Shown here one piece after another: positions 9,672-18,039 of a stretch of DNA of 64,000 nt. The stretch comes from a virus. Position 1 is the first letter of the stretch. Every line of letters starts with the position of its first letter. The position numbers and the translations under genes were made by a program. The stretch is taken from IMG/VR virus record IMGVR_UViG_3300017917_000332, positions 10,453 through 74,452 of that record; one strand, written 5' to 3'. A model generated the notes under the pieces. The model saw nothing but the letters and a program-made list of their open reading frames with translations, did not search any database and was not told the DNA's origin.

Positions 9672-10542
9672 TAATAGGAATATCTGCGGCACACGTACAC
9701 CAGTCTCTAGTACATATAACTGGATCGCTAGGAGCAACAAAGCTATCTTCATAAATGTTGCCTAGGCTACCACCAACTCTACAAGTTGCTCGATGTACTT
9801 CCCCATCCCAATTGATCATGAGGCTTTCGAGACCGGCGTTACATGTCCAGTCTTTATACTTGTTTAGATGTAACTTAATCACATCGTTAGCATGTATTAC
9901 TTGTTCGTTATCAATTACACAGTTACCTTGAACTGTAGCATCTTGTTCTTTAATCCATGCTAGGTCATCTGGGTGATAACGCATGTCGTCAAACAGATTA
10001 TGATCGCCTTCTGTCCATCGAATTCGTCTTACGGTACACGGAATACTGTCATGTATCAATAGTCCCCTAACAAACTTAACTTGATGCATGTAGTCATGAT
10101 GCGACATAATCTGACCAATGAGTTTTTTATTAGATTTTTCTGCTAACTGTTGTAATGTTTTAACTACTCTTCGCCACTCGAATTCAAAATGTATGCTAAA
10201 CACATACTGTTCTACTGGTAATGATTGATAAAACTCAAACGGTAAAGTGCCGTTAGTTGTTACACTGATCCAACTAACACCTTTATACTTTGCATACTTT
10301 ACTAGTTCGTAAAACTTAGGGTGTACACAGGGTTCGCCGCCTGTGAAACTTAGGCGAACGGGTTTATTTAAAGACACTAGTTTATCTATAGCAGACTTTA
10401 ACACTTCTATATCAGTGTGCGGACTAGAATTGTCATGTATCGAACTTGGACAATAGCTACAATCGTAATTGCAACGTTTGCCTAAGTTCCATTCAACCTT
10501 AATGCTATCTTGATGAGGCCAACGACTAGTTACCTTAAACAT
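9649..10542 (-). CDS. radical SAM protein with C-terminal twitch-like domain
   Basis: CNYDCSYC; TGGEP; TTNG; CNAG..C..C..CTC. Confidence 0.92.
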   Translation of the reverse strand: MFKVTSRWPHQDSIKVEWNLGKRCNYDCSYCPSSIHDNSSPHTDIEVLKSAIDKLVSLNKPVRLSFTGGEPCVHPKFYELVKYAKYKGVSWISVTTNGTLPFEFYQSLPVEQYVFSIHFEFEWRRVVKTLQQLAEKSNKKLIGQIMSHHDYMHQVKFVRGLLIHDSIPCTVRRIRWTEGDHNLFDDMRYHPDDLAWIKEQDATVQGNCVIDNEQVIHANDVIKLHLNKYKDWTCNAGLESLMINWDGEVHRATCRVGGSLGNIYEDSFVAPSDPVICTRDWCTCAADIPITKQVVSE

Positions 10543-11800
10543 AAGGTTTAAACTCCGGAACTGCTTGAAGAAGATCTTGATTTCTAGTTTTATCTAATCT
10601 TCGATTAAATTCTAAAAAGTCATTCCATAGATGACTTTGATCTTTAGCACGTAGATAGTTAATGTTATCTTTTATCTGTTGCTGTGTGATTTTTTCTAGT
10701 ATAGGATACTTCTCGACGTTGCTAAAAGTAAACACACGACTTGCTATTGCTTCGAGCCTAGATATTGCTAGTTCTTTTAGATCTTGTGGCAAGACTTGTG
10801 CTGACAATACATTAGGATAACTAACTCTATGGCTATAAAAGACAATGTTTAAGTGATTGATGAAATAATCAATACATTCCGCTGCCTGTAATATATTACC
10901 CGCTTGGGCTGTGAATGCCCCGACAACTCTACTAACATTTGGTATCGTTTGTATTTCTCTAATGTTAGCCTCCACTTGAGAAAAGTTACCGTTACCACGA
11001 ATGTAATTATAAACATCGTGAATGCCGTCAATGCTAACATTAACGGCAACTGACTTAAAATAAGGCCAATAGTCATGAATTGTTCTTCCTTTGCTTATAC
11101 CTAGTGTTGTTCCATTGGTTGCATACTTGATTTCAATACTCTTTCCATAAGGTTTAAGCATATCTAAAATCTTATAGTGATGAGGATCCATTAACGGCTC
11201 ACCGCCCGCAAATTCTACACGCCTAAAATGTGGAAGTAACTTTTCAAAACTAGCCCACCATTTATCTGTATCATCAAATGGTCCAATATATTGTCCAGGC
11301 TTCTGAACTAATTTTCCAATAGTTGGCACTAGATAGTTGTTTTCTTTTTCGTAAAAGGGTTTTACTTCGTCCCAGTCTTGCCAGCTAGTGCTGTCTAAAG
11401 GATTGCACATTCTGCATTTTAGATTGCAGAGGTTATTAATTTTAATTTCCATTGTAGGAAATTCAAAAGGCAATGTATAGTTGTCAGTTAACTGATCAAG
11501 TGCTGTTGGATATAAGTTTATTCTAGCTTCGGGTATGACGCCGTTGATGTGTCGTTGTCTTAGACTTTCAACGCCCTGATCTTCTAGATCAAAACAAGGC
11601 TTACATACATCAGGACGCCCTCCGTTTAAGACTTGTCGTCTAACTTCTTGCATCTTAGAATTGTTCCATACCTCTTCTAAGCTATTTTCTTGTATCCAGC
11701 CAATAGGTTGACTGCGGCAACATATTTTAATTGCACCGTCTTCTCGTGTTGCCAGTCCTGTAAAAGGATGCATACAGAATGTCTTACTTTGATTGTTCAA
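10535..11800 (-). CDS. radical SAM protein with N-terminal twitch-like domain
   Basis: FCMHPF..ICC..CKPC; CNLKCRMC; AGGEP; probable TTG start at 11800, overlapping the upstream stop. Confidence 0.9.
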   Translation of the reverse strand: MNNQSKTFCMHPFTGLATREDGAIKICCRSQPIGWIQENSLEEVWNNSKMQEVRRQVLNGGRPDVCKPCFDLEDQGVESLRQRHINGVIPEARINLYPTALDQLTDNYTLPFEFPTMEIKINNLCNLKCRMCNPLDSTSWQDWDEVKPFYEKENNYLVPTIGKLVQKPGQYIGPFDDTDKWWASFEKLLPHFRRVEFAGGEPLMDPHHYKILDMLKPYGKSIEIKYATNGTTLGISKGRTIHDYWPYFKSVAVNVSIDGIHDVYNYIRGNGNFSQVEANIREIQTIPNVSRVVGAFTAQAGNILQAAECIDYFINHLNIVFYSHRVSYPNVLSAQVLPQDLKELAISRLEAIASRVFTFSNVEKYPILEKITQQQIKDNINYLRAKDQSHLWNDFLEFNRRLDKTRNQDLLQAVPEFKPYV

Positions 11801-12500
11801 TTGCCCACTCTCGTTCTTTACACCAAAAACATTTCCCGCACGTTGGCACAAACTGTCCCGGTGTGTAGGTCTCATAAGTTATGTTTGGAAATTCGCCTTC
11901 ACAACTTCTGGTTAAGTTTAACAACTTTTCAAGACCTAATTCTTTATATTTTAACACAATCCAACTCTTATCTACAAACCTAAAAGGATGACAAGCTAAC
12001 TTGCCCAAATGAATCATTTTTTCTAAATGCCTGTTATCATTAGTTGGATCGATATTTCTTGCTTCTGGACCGCCTTCGACATTTTTAGGATTTCGAGTAA
12101 CTCCGTTAAAGTATGCATCGACGTCGTAGGTAATGCATACGTATTCTGCAAAAGATCTTAATTCTAAAGTATCACCGCTAACAGTTTTACCATACTCATC
12201 TGTTATCATTGTACCATAGGCGTGTTCCATTTCTGGAGGTATAAAATTAGTATGTAACTCAAAGTTTATATGAACAAACTCTTGTCTTAACCAATTATAA
12301 ACATTTTTAAAATCTTGTTGTTGCCAAGGTTTAGTTTTCCAGCACCGTATGTTATTAATAATGTGTACGGTAAACGGCTCAACACTATTATCTTTAACTG
12401 TTTGGCATACCATATAAGCCAACAAGGCACTGTCAGCACCGCCGCTAACGGCAATAGCAACGCTTCTCCAATCTTTGCTAAACGGTATTTCAACTTTCAT
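11784..12500 (-). CDS. QueC-like PP-loop ATPase (7-cyano-7-deazaguanine synthase-like)
   Basis: AVSGGADS PP-loop; TRSC...CGKCFWC zinc site as in QueC; start MKVEIP at 12500. Confidence 0.75.
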   Translation of the reverse strand: MKVEIPFSKDWRSVAIAVSGGADSALLAYMVCQTVKDNSVEPFTVHIINNIRCWKTKPWQQQDFKNVYNWLRQEFVHINFELHTNFIPPEMEHAYGTMITDEYGKTVSGDTLELRSFAEYVCITYDVDAYFNGVTRNPKNVEGGPEARNIDPTNDNRHLEKMIHLGKLACHPFRFVDKSWIVLKYKELGLEKLLNLTRSCEGEFPNITYETYTPGQFVPTCGKCFWCKEREWAIEQSK

Positions 12501-12510
12501 AAGTATAATT

Positions 12511-13188
12511 ATGCTCACAAAACTTCCACAGAAATTTTCTATAGACCCAATAGTTGATCAAGTTAACAACTTATCTTTTGAAAAAAGATTGGATCTTAAT
12601 CGTCCAACTGGTAAGTTTTTTAACGACCCTTGGGAAACATTGTCAGAATTTCAAAACACTCCAATTGGCGAAGTTTTAAATACAGTTGGATCAATTGGGC
12701 AAGCAAGACTTTTAAAGTTAGAATCTGCTGAAAGTTATACTGCTCATGCTGACCCCGACGATAGAATACATCTTGCTATTGTTACTAATCCGTATAGTTT
12801 TTTAGTTGACATAACCGATAATCATCTACATCATTTGCCAGCTGACGGTCAGCTTTGGTATATGGATACTGGGAAGATTCATGTTGCGGCAAACTGGGGA
12901 GCCACTACACGAATACACTTAAACATTAGGGTATTATTACCTAAACTAGATAGATCTAAAGAAGTTCTACAGATTAAAGTGCTTAGTGGCGGTTTTGATT
13001 GGAAACAAGCATCTTACTTGCCAATTATGAAACTAGTTAATAAAGATGTAAAGTCTGGAAACATTACTGGATTTGAGTCAAGCAACGAAAAAGAACTTTT
13101 CTTAAACATAAACGACAAGTCTGAGATTATTAAGATGCTAGAGAATATAAAGCAACACGGTATAGATATAATTACCAATACTTTATAG
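12511..13188 (+). CDS. AspH-family Fe(II)/2OG hydroxylase with C-terminal extension
   Basis: YTAHADPDDRIHLAI...MDTGKIHVAAN...RIHL; start ATG 12511. Confidence 0.78.
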   Translation: MLTKLPQKFSIDPIVDQVNNLSFEKRLDLNRPTGKFFNDPWETLSEFQNTPIGEVLNTVGSIGQARLLKLESAESYTAHADPDDRIHLAIVTNPYSFLVDITDNHLHHLPADGQLWYMDTGKIHVAANWGATTRIHLNIRVLLPKLDRSKEVLQIKVLSGGFDWKQASYLPIMKLVNKDVKSGNITGFESSNEKELFLNINDKSEIIKMLENIKQHGIDIITNTL

Positions 13189-14278
13189 GATCTTCTTTCT
13201 TAACAGTTCCCTCAACTAATTGTTTAAGATTAGTTGAACAACTCTTAACACATACTAATTTCTTATCAGTTGTAAAGTGCTTGGGCAAGGTTTCATTCCA
13301 ATTTGAGTCTAACAATACTTGTATAATGTTAGAACCATGCAATGATGGAATACCAATATCTTGTTTGATATCTTCTCCGGATATGCGCAATCTTTCTCTG
13401 ATAATAAAGTCTGCGCCAGTAGTTGGTAAATGCTCTGCTGTCATTAAACTACCAACGAAACAACATGGCCATACTTCTCCAAGCGCATTTACAAATAAAT
13501 CTTTTCCTGTTGCACACTTGGCATCGATAATAGAATCATCAATCATCTTTTTGTAGACTTCTTTATCAACTAGTCTAACAAAATTTGGTTGCATTACTTT
13601 TTCGCCAAACTCAGGAAGTGTTGGACTTTGAATGTAGTATTCAATGTTTCCTTGCTTATCTTTAACGGGATAATTTTCTAATCCGTAAAATCTTTGTGTT
13701 GGTTTTAAAGCAACTTCGTCAAAGCCTAGACCTAATAGAAAGTCTTTTAGCTCGTGGACTCTAGCTTCATTATGCTTAAAAATAATAGTATCGGACTTTG
13801 CTCGGCCACCGGCTGCAATATATGTCTTTGCATTTTCAATAACCTTAGACCAACTAGTGTTTCTTCTGTAGATTTCGTGTTCACCTTCAAACCCGTCAAT
13901 GGCAAAAATAACATGACCTCTATTGCCAAGGACCTTAGCAAGACTTGTCCACCAGTCTTTGTTTCTTAGACTGCCGTTAGTGTGTATGTCAAGTCTACAG
14001 GTTTCTTTTGTGTTCTCTACAAGGTACTGAAAAATTTCTAAACAATCTCTAGCAAGTAGGGGATCTCCGTTATTGCCGCAGGCATAAAAGTGATCCAACT
14101 GCATTAGAAACTCTCTAGGAAACCACTGTTTAAATTCTTCTAACGAAATTTCTACGTTTCTAATATGACTTCTTTCTGCACCACCAAATACGTTTCTTGG
14201 ACACATAGGACACGCGGCTTGGCACTTATCAGTCAGCTCGATATGTACTGATTTAATGTTATAAGGATATACTTGCAT
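13172..14278 (-). CDS. radical SAM protein with SPASM/twitch-like domain
   Basis: CQAACPMC; CGNNGDP; HTNG; IDG; C..VWPCC..CVKSC. Confidence 0.92.
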   Translation of the reverse strand: MQVYPYNIKSVHIELTDKCQAACPMCPRNVFGGAERSHIRNVEISLEEFKQWFPREFLMQLDHFYACGNNGDPLLARDCLEIFQYLVENTKETCRLDIHTNGSLRNKDWWTSLAKVLGNRGHVIFAIDGFEGEHEIYRRNTSWSKVIENAKTYIAAGGRAKSDTIIFKHNEARVHELKDFLLGLGFDEVALKPTQRFYGLENYPVKDKQGNIEYYIQSPTLPEFGEKVMQPNFVRLVDKEVYKKMIDDSIIDAKCATGKDLFVNALGEVWPCCFVGSLMTAEHLPTTGADFIIRERLRISGEDIKQDIGIPSLHGSNIIQVLLDSNWNETLPKHFTTDKKLVCVKSCSTNLKQLVEGTVKKEDPIKYW

Positions 14279-14879
14279 CGCGTTTTCCAATAATCATAAA
14301 TCTTTTATATAAGGGTAACTCTAGTTCGCCGGCCCAGATAACATTTAAACGACTTTGATCTTTAAACTGTTCTAAAGATTCAGCTATCCTTACGTGTTCT
14401 GGTATTTGATAGTTGTTAGACTGCAACACAATCAAACTATCTAAAGGTAATTTAGATAGCCACTTATCGTATTGCTCTTGTGTAATGTGTTCAAAGCTAG
14501 TGTTGATAATAATGTCAGCGCGACTATTGTATTCGCACATATCAGCAGTTACAGCACGAAACCGTCCTGTTTGTAGTTCTAGCTGATTCATTGTGTTGGC
14601 AATCTCTTCGCAGGTTGGGTCTATGTCAATACTGGTTATTCTTTCAATAAACATAGTGCTTTGAAACATCAAACTTGCTAGAGTGCCTACCCAACCTCCG
14701 TGAATGTCTATAGTTGGCCAATCTTTATGATGATATCGTTGCTTCTGTAGCTCATCAATAAGCCATTCTTTACTACGTATCTGTCCCTTCCAGAATGCGT
14801 CCATAGTACGCATAGGATCTTTGCTGTTTCTAATAGCTAACATCCAGTAATGGATGTGATCGAGGTCAAGCTCTATCAA
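14259..14879 (-). CDS. class I SAM-dependent methyltransferase
   Basis: IHGGWVG motif I, SIDID acidic strand, IINTSFEH. Confidence 0.75.
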   Translation of the reverse strand: MIELDLDHIHYWMLAIRNSKDPMRTMDAFWKGQIRSKEWLIDELQKQRYHHKDWPTIDIHGGWVGTLASLMFQSTMFIERITSIDIDPTCEEIANTMNQLELQTGRFRAVTADMCEYNSRADIIINTSFEHITQEQYDKWLSKLPLDSLIVLQSNNYQIPEHVRIAESLEQFKDQSRLNVIWAGELELPLYKRFMIIGKRDASISL

Positions 14880-15858
14880 ACTGTGCTCCTAGCTTATCAA
14901 ATTTACCGCACTGTTTAGCACACTCTAACAAAGGCTCTTTGTCCCAAGTGTCTGATATCTTTCCAAAATATCCACTATCAAACATTTCTTTTAGAGACAT
15001 TTTGTTAAGATTAGGAATAGTTCTAATACGATCCATATAGTCTACTCGAGAATCTTGCCTAGGCAAAATCCATTGGAAATCTAACCAACAGCAGGGACTT
15101 ACGTTTCCGTTTGCCGCAACATAAAGTTGATTAGTTTGTTTTGCTTTACAACTAATTGATGAAGGCTTAATCTCAATAATAGATTCTTGAACCTGCTGTA
15201 TCATTCCAGAACTTCTTTCTGTAGGATAAATGATATGAGTAGTATAACCTTCATCGTCGAGAACATGTAATTTGTTCCCTGTAAACCGTGAAGTATGTTT
15301 TGTAGTAAAGTGTTTGAATCCGTATTGCTCGCTAAGAGCTTTGCAGTCCTCTACTTGATGTTCGTTATGTTTAAAAACTAGCATGTGCCATTCAGCATTG
15401 CCACCTGCTTCGATAAATGCCTTAGCATTTTCAATAATCTTGTGCCAGTCCGTTGATATACGATATAAATGATGTGTGTCAGCTAGTCCATCTATGCCAA
15501 AAGTAGTTCTTACATCAAGTTTAGCAAGCTCTTTCCACCATTCGGTAGTCCTAGCACTTCCGTTAGTATGCATACTCAAAGCAATATTAGGGTTATGCTC
15601 TTTGAGATACTGATAAATTTCTAAAGTATCTTGGGCAATAATAGGATCGCCTAGGTTACCACACATGATTAAACTTCCTAGTTGCTTAACAAAGTCAACT
15701 GGGAACCATTCTTTAAACTGTTCAAGTGTAATCTCCTCAAGGTCAATTAACGGATTCATTATACCGCCATTGACTCTTCTAGGACACATAGGACACCTAG
15801 CTTGGCATTTAGATGTTACTTCAAGGTGTATAGATTTTATATCTTCGTAATTGTACAT
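14866..15858 (-). CDS. radical SAM protein with SPASM/twitch-like domain
   Basis: CQARCPMC; CGNLGDP; HTNG; IDGL; C..VSPCC..CAKQC. Confidence 0.92.
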   Translation of the reverse strand: MYNYEDIKSIHLEVTSKCQARCPMCPRRVNGGIMNPLIDLEEITLEQFKEWFPVDFVKQLGSLIMCGNLGDPIIAQDTLEIYQYLKEHNPNIALSMHTNGSARTTEWWKELAKLDVRTTFGIDGLADTHHLYRISTDWHKIIENAKAFIEAGGNAEWHMLVFKHNEHQVEDCKALSEQYGFKHFTTKHTSRFTGNKLHVLDDEGYTTHIIYPTERSSGMIQQVQESIIEIKPSSISCKAKQTNQLYVAANGNVSPCCWLDFQWILPRQDSRVDYMDRIRTIPNLNKMSLKEMFDSGYFGKISDTWDKEPLLECAKQCGKFDKLGAQFDRA

Positions 15859-16829
15859 GTCTTTGGTATTTTCGAATCTGCTGAACTAACGCAACTAGGT
15901 GTAATACACTGTTGCGGTTGTTTAAACAATTCAAATCCTGTTGTTAGTGTGCCTAGTGGTTGATCGTGGCAACTGTAGCTACGTTTAACCTCGGCTCCCC
16001 TGATTATAACACTTTGATATCCAGCATTACAAGTCCAGTTGGTAAATTTATTAAATCCAAATGCATTAAATCTTTCAGCTTGATCAAACAAGTATTCTGT
16101 GTTGTCTTTGTCATACAGAGCAATTTGATAAACTTCTTCACCTTGAGACTGTTGAGGGAAACCATTTTTCATTAAATGAATCATGTCTTCAGTATATCCA
16201 TCAACTACTTGACTAGCAGTTGGATCGCTTTGTGGCTTTAGAGTAACGTTAATTCCTCTACTGTGCAGTCTAGACATCCTGTCGTAAAGCTCGTAGAACT
16301 TTTCTGGAACCATAACTTGATTAACAGTAACGTAGACGTTTTCGTCAATAAGTTTTAAACACTTGTCTCCAAATTCAGATTCTTTAGCAAATTCTGCATG
16401 ATAGCTGGCTGTAATACTTCTGCGCTGTAAAGCAGATGTTATACTTGCCCAGGTCTTCCACCAATTGATGCTGGGACTAAGATTAGTAGTCATGTGTATG
16501 CTTTGATATGGGCTGACTAAATCTTGTTCTAAATGTCTAGTTAGGTCTAGCAGTCTTTTATAAGCAGTAGGTTCCCCGCCACTAAAACTCCAATGAAATT
16601 CAGTAAATCCATTTTGGCGAGCTTGCCGTTTGATTTCATCAATAGTCTGAACATATAATTCAAATGATTGGTAATCGAGCTCATCGGACCTAGCATAGGG
16701 CCAGCAGTAAGAACATTTATAATTACAGAAGCGACCAAGTATCCAACTAACAGAAAACAATGGCCTATTGAGCATTGTCCTTTGTCCAAAACGGACAATA
16801 TCCTTAAATGGTATAGTATCGAAGTTCAT
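15837..16829 (-). CDS. radical SAM protein with C-terminal twitch-like domain
   Basis: CNYKCSYC; SGGEPT; CNAG..SC..C..CVSSAD; probable start ATG 16829. Confidence 0.92.
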   Translation of the reverse strand: MNFDTIPFKDIVRFGQRTMLNRPLFSVSWILGRFCNYKCSYCWPYARSDELDYQSFELYVQTIDEIKRQARQNGFTEFHWSFSGGEPTAYKRLLDLTRHLEQDLVSPYQSIHMTTNLSPSINWWKTWASITSALQRRSITASYHAEFAKESEFGDKCLKLIDENVYVTVNQVMVPEKFYELYDRMSRLHSRGINVTLKPQSDPTASQVVDGYTEDMIHLMKNGFPQQSQGEEVYQIALYDKDNTEYLFDQAERFNAFGFNKFTNWTCNAGYQSVIIRGAEVKRSYSCHDQPLGTLTTGFELFKQPQQCITPSCVSSADSKIPKTCTITKI

Positions 16830-16857
16830 TGACACTATTTACAAACGAATATATAAT
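16829..16857 (+). promoter_or_regulatory. consensus sigma70 promoter driving the tRNA-like RNA and the downstream operon
   Basis: TTGACA 16829-16834, 17-nt spacer, TATAAT 16852-16857. Confidence 0.9.
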
Positions 16858-16863
16858 TACAAT

Positions 16864-16972
16864 GTAGACGTGAGTGTAACTGGTAAACCTCCTCCAAAGG
16901 CTTCGGCCGGCGGAGGGTCCGGGGCTAGCCAATATGGCGCCTTTGTAGGTTCGAATCCTACCGTCTACACCA
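16864..16972 (+). ncRNA. tRNA-like RNA lacking a canonical anticodon loop (109 nt, CCA end)
   Basis: Acceptor GTAGACG/CGTCTAC, A discriminator, CCA; T arm GTAGG-TTCGAAT-CCTAC; D loop AACTGGTAA; anticodon position holds CCTCC..GGC-TTCG-GCC..GGAGG; long variable arm. Confidence 0.8.
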
Positions 16973-16999
16973 AATAACTTAGGCACAGTAGAGGCAGAC

Positions 17000-17329
17000 A
17001 TGAGAAGAACGTTAGCAGTTTTGTTAGCAGTAGTTTCAACAGCTAGTTGGGCACAACTTGAAAAAAGTCCGTACGACACTTTCGATGCTACTAAAAAGAT
17101 GTCAGAAACTGTAACTATTACATGGAAGACTGTGCCAAACGTACAAGAAGTTTGTAATAAAGAATCTAAAAGTAGAGGTAAAGGAACATTTGGTTATGCA
17201 GTCGACGCTTGTGCATTTTGGGACAAGAGTTTAAGCGGTACAGTCTGTACTATTGTAACTAAACCAAGACCTAACTATTGGGACGTAGGACACGAAATGC
17301 GGCATTGTTTCCAAGGTAATTGGCACTAG
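17000..17329 (+). CDS. secreted protein with HExxH motif
   Basis: Signal peptide MRRTLAVLLAVVSTASWA; 4 Cys; GHEMRHCF. Confidence 0.6.
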   Translation: MRRTLAVLLAVVSTASWAQLEKSPYDTFDATKKMSETVTITWKTVPNVQEVCNKESKSRGKGTFGYAVDACAFWDKSLSGTVCTIVTKPRPNYWDVGHEMRHCFQGNWH

Positions 17330-17330
17330 A

Positions 17331-17888
17331 ATGAAAAAAGTTTCAAAAAGCCCAGAACGTCATACCTTTCAAAAAGAAGGGTACATAGAACGCCAGAAAG
17401 AAAAAGGCGAGCCTCTTAACGAGAGCTATCTCGAGATGTTTGATAAAATCCTTGAACAAGATAAACATAAGTTCGACGATCCAGAATCTCACAAAGATAA
17501 CTTAGAGTACGACTTACTTACTACTGATTGGATTTTAGAAAAAGTTCGTGCTAGCGAAGCCTATGCCCAAAATTTATATGCGGCTATGTGCAACAACGAC
17601 TTTATACGCAGAGAAATGTGGCCCATTCTTAAAGAAGAAAAATGGAGTTGCTCTTGGAGGTATGCCGGTGGTATAATTGCAGATATGCGCCAAGAAGGTG
17701 ACTACATTGATTGGTACTGTTCAGGCATGGGCGGACTCAATCGAGAGTACGAAGGTGACGAAACTAACGAAGAATGGCAAAAGCGTACAGGGTATGTTCC
17801 CGAAAGTGTAGTGACTGACGAGATTGAAAAAGATTTAAATCAACTAGGATGGATTGTGGTTAAATATGACGATGCAGAGAACATTTAA
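17331..17888 (+). CDS. hypothetical phage protein
   Basis: Long ORF in operon; YAQNLYAAMCNN..SWRYAGG..DWYCSG block. Confidence 0.7.
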   Translation: MKKVSKSPERHTFQKEGYIERQKEKGEPLNESYLEMFDKILEQDKHKFDDPESHKDNLEYDLLTTDWILEKVRASEAYAQNLYAAMCNNDFIRREMWPILKEEKWSCSWRYAGGIIADMRQEGDYIDWYCSGMGGLNREYEGDETNEEWQKRTGYVPESVVTDEIEKDLNQLGWIVVKYDDAENI

Positions 17889-18039
17889 AGCAGAAGAAAT
17901 TTTTGAAGAAATTCCCGGGGATCCCGATAACGTCATGATGAAAATTCCTGACGAAATTTGTGAAGCCCAGGGATGGAAAGAGGGAGACACATTGAATATT
18001 CAAGTAGAAGACGGTAAGATTATCGTCACAAAGGTATAA
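17872..18039 (+). CDS. AbrB/MazE/SpoVT-like small DNA-binding protein
   Basis: MKIPDEICEAQGWKEGDTLNIQVEDGKIIV swapped-hairpin pattern; TAAATA at 17861. Confidence 0.7.
   Translation: MQRTFKAEEIFEEIPGDPDNVMMKIPDEICEAQGWKEGDTLNIQVEDGKIIVTKV

Noticed and set aside
169-16829. RiPP precursor peptide for the SPASM/twitch enzymes
   Set aside because: Intergenic gaps are under about 45 bp and no short Cys-rich ORF or PqqD/RRE domain was seen. A precursor could still lie outside the window.
16864-16972. Reading the element as a normal, suppressor or Sec tRNA, or as tmRNA
   Set aside because: No 7-nt loop with U33 closes any 5-bp stem at the anticodon position. The CTA at 16925-16927 and the TTCG loop are not in anticodon geometry. 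The acceptor is 7 bp with A73 and has no G3:U70 pair or tag ORF.
16768-17079. ORF-track calls 16768-16977 (+) and 16804-17079 (-)
   Set aside because: They overlap the tRNA-like RNA, its promoter and neighbouring genes; no start signals.
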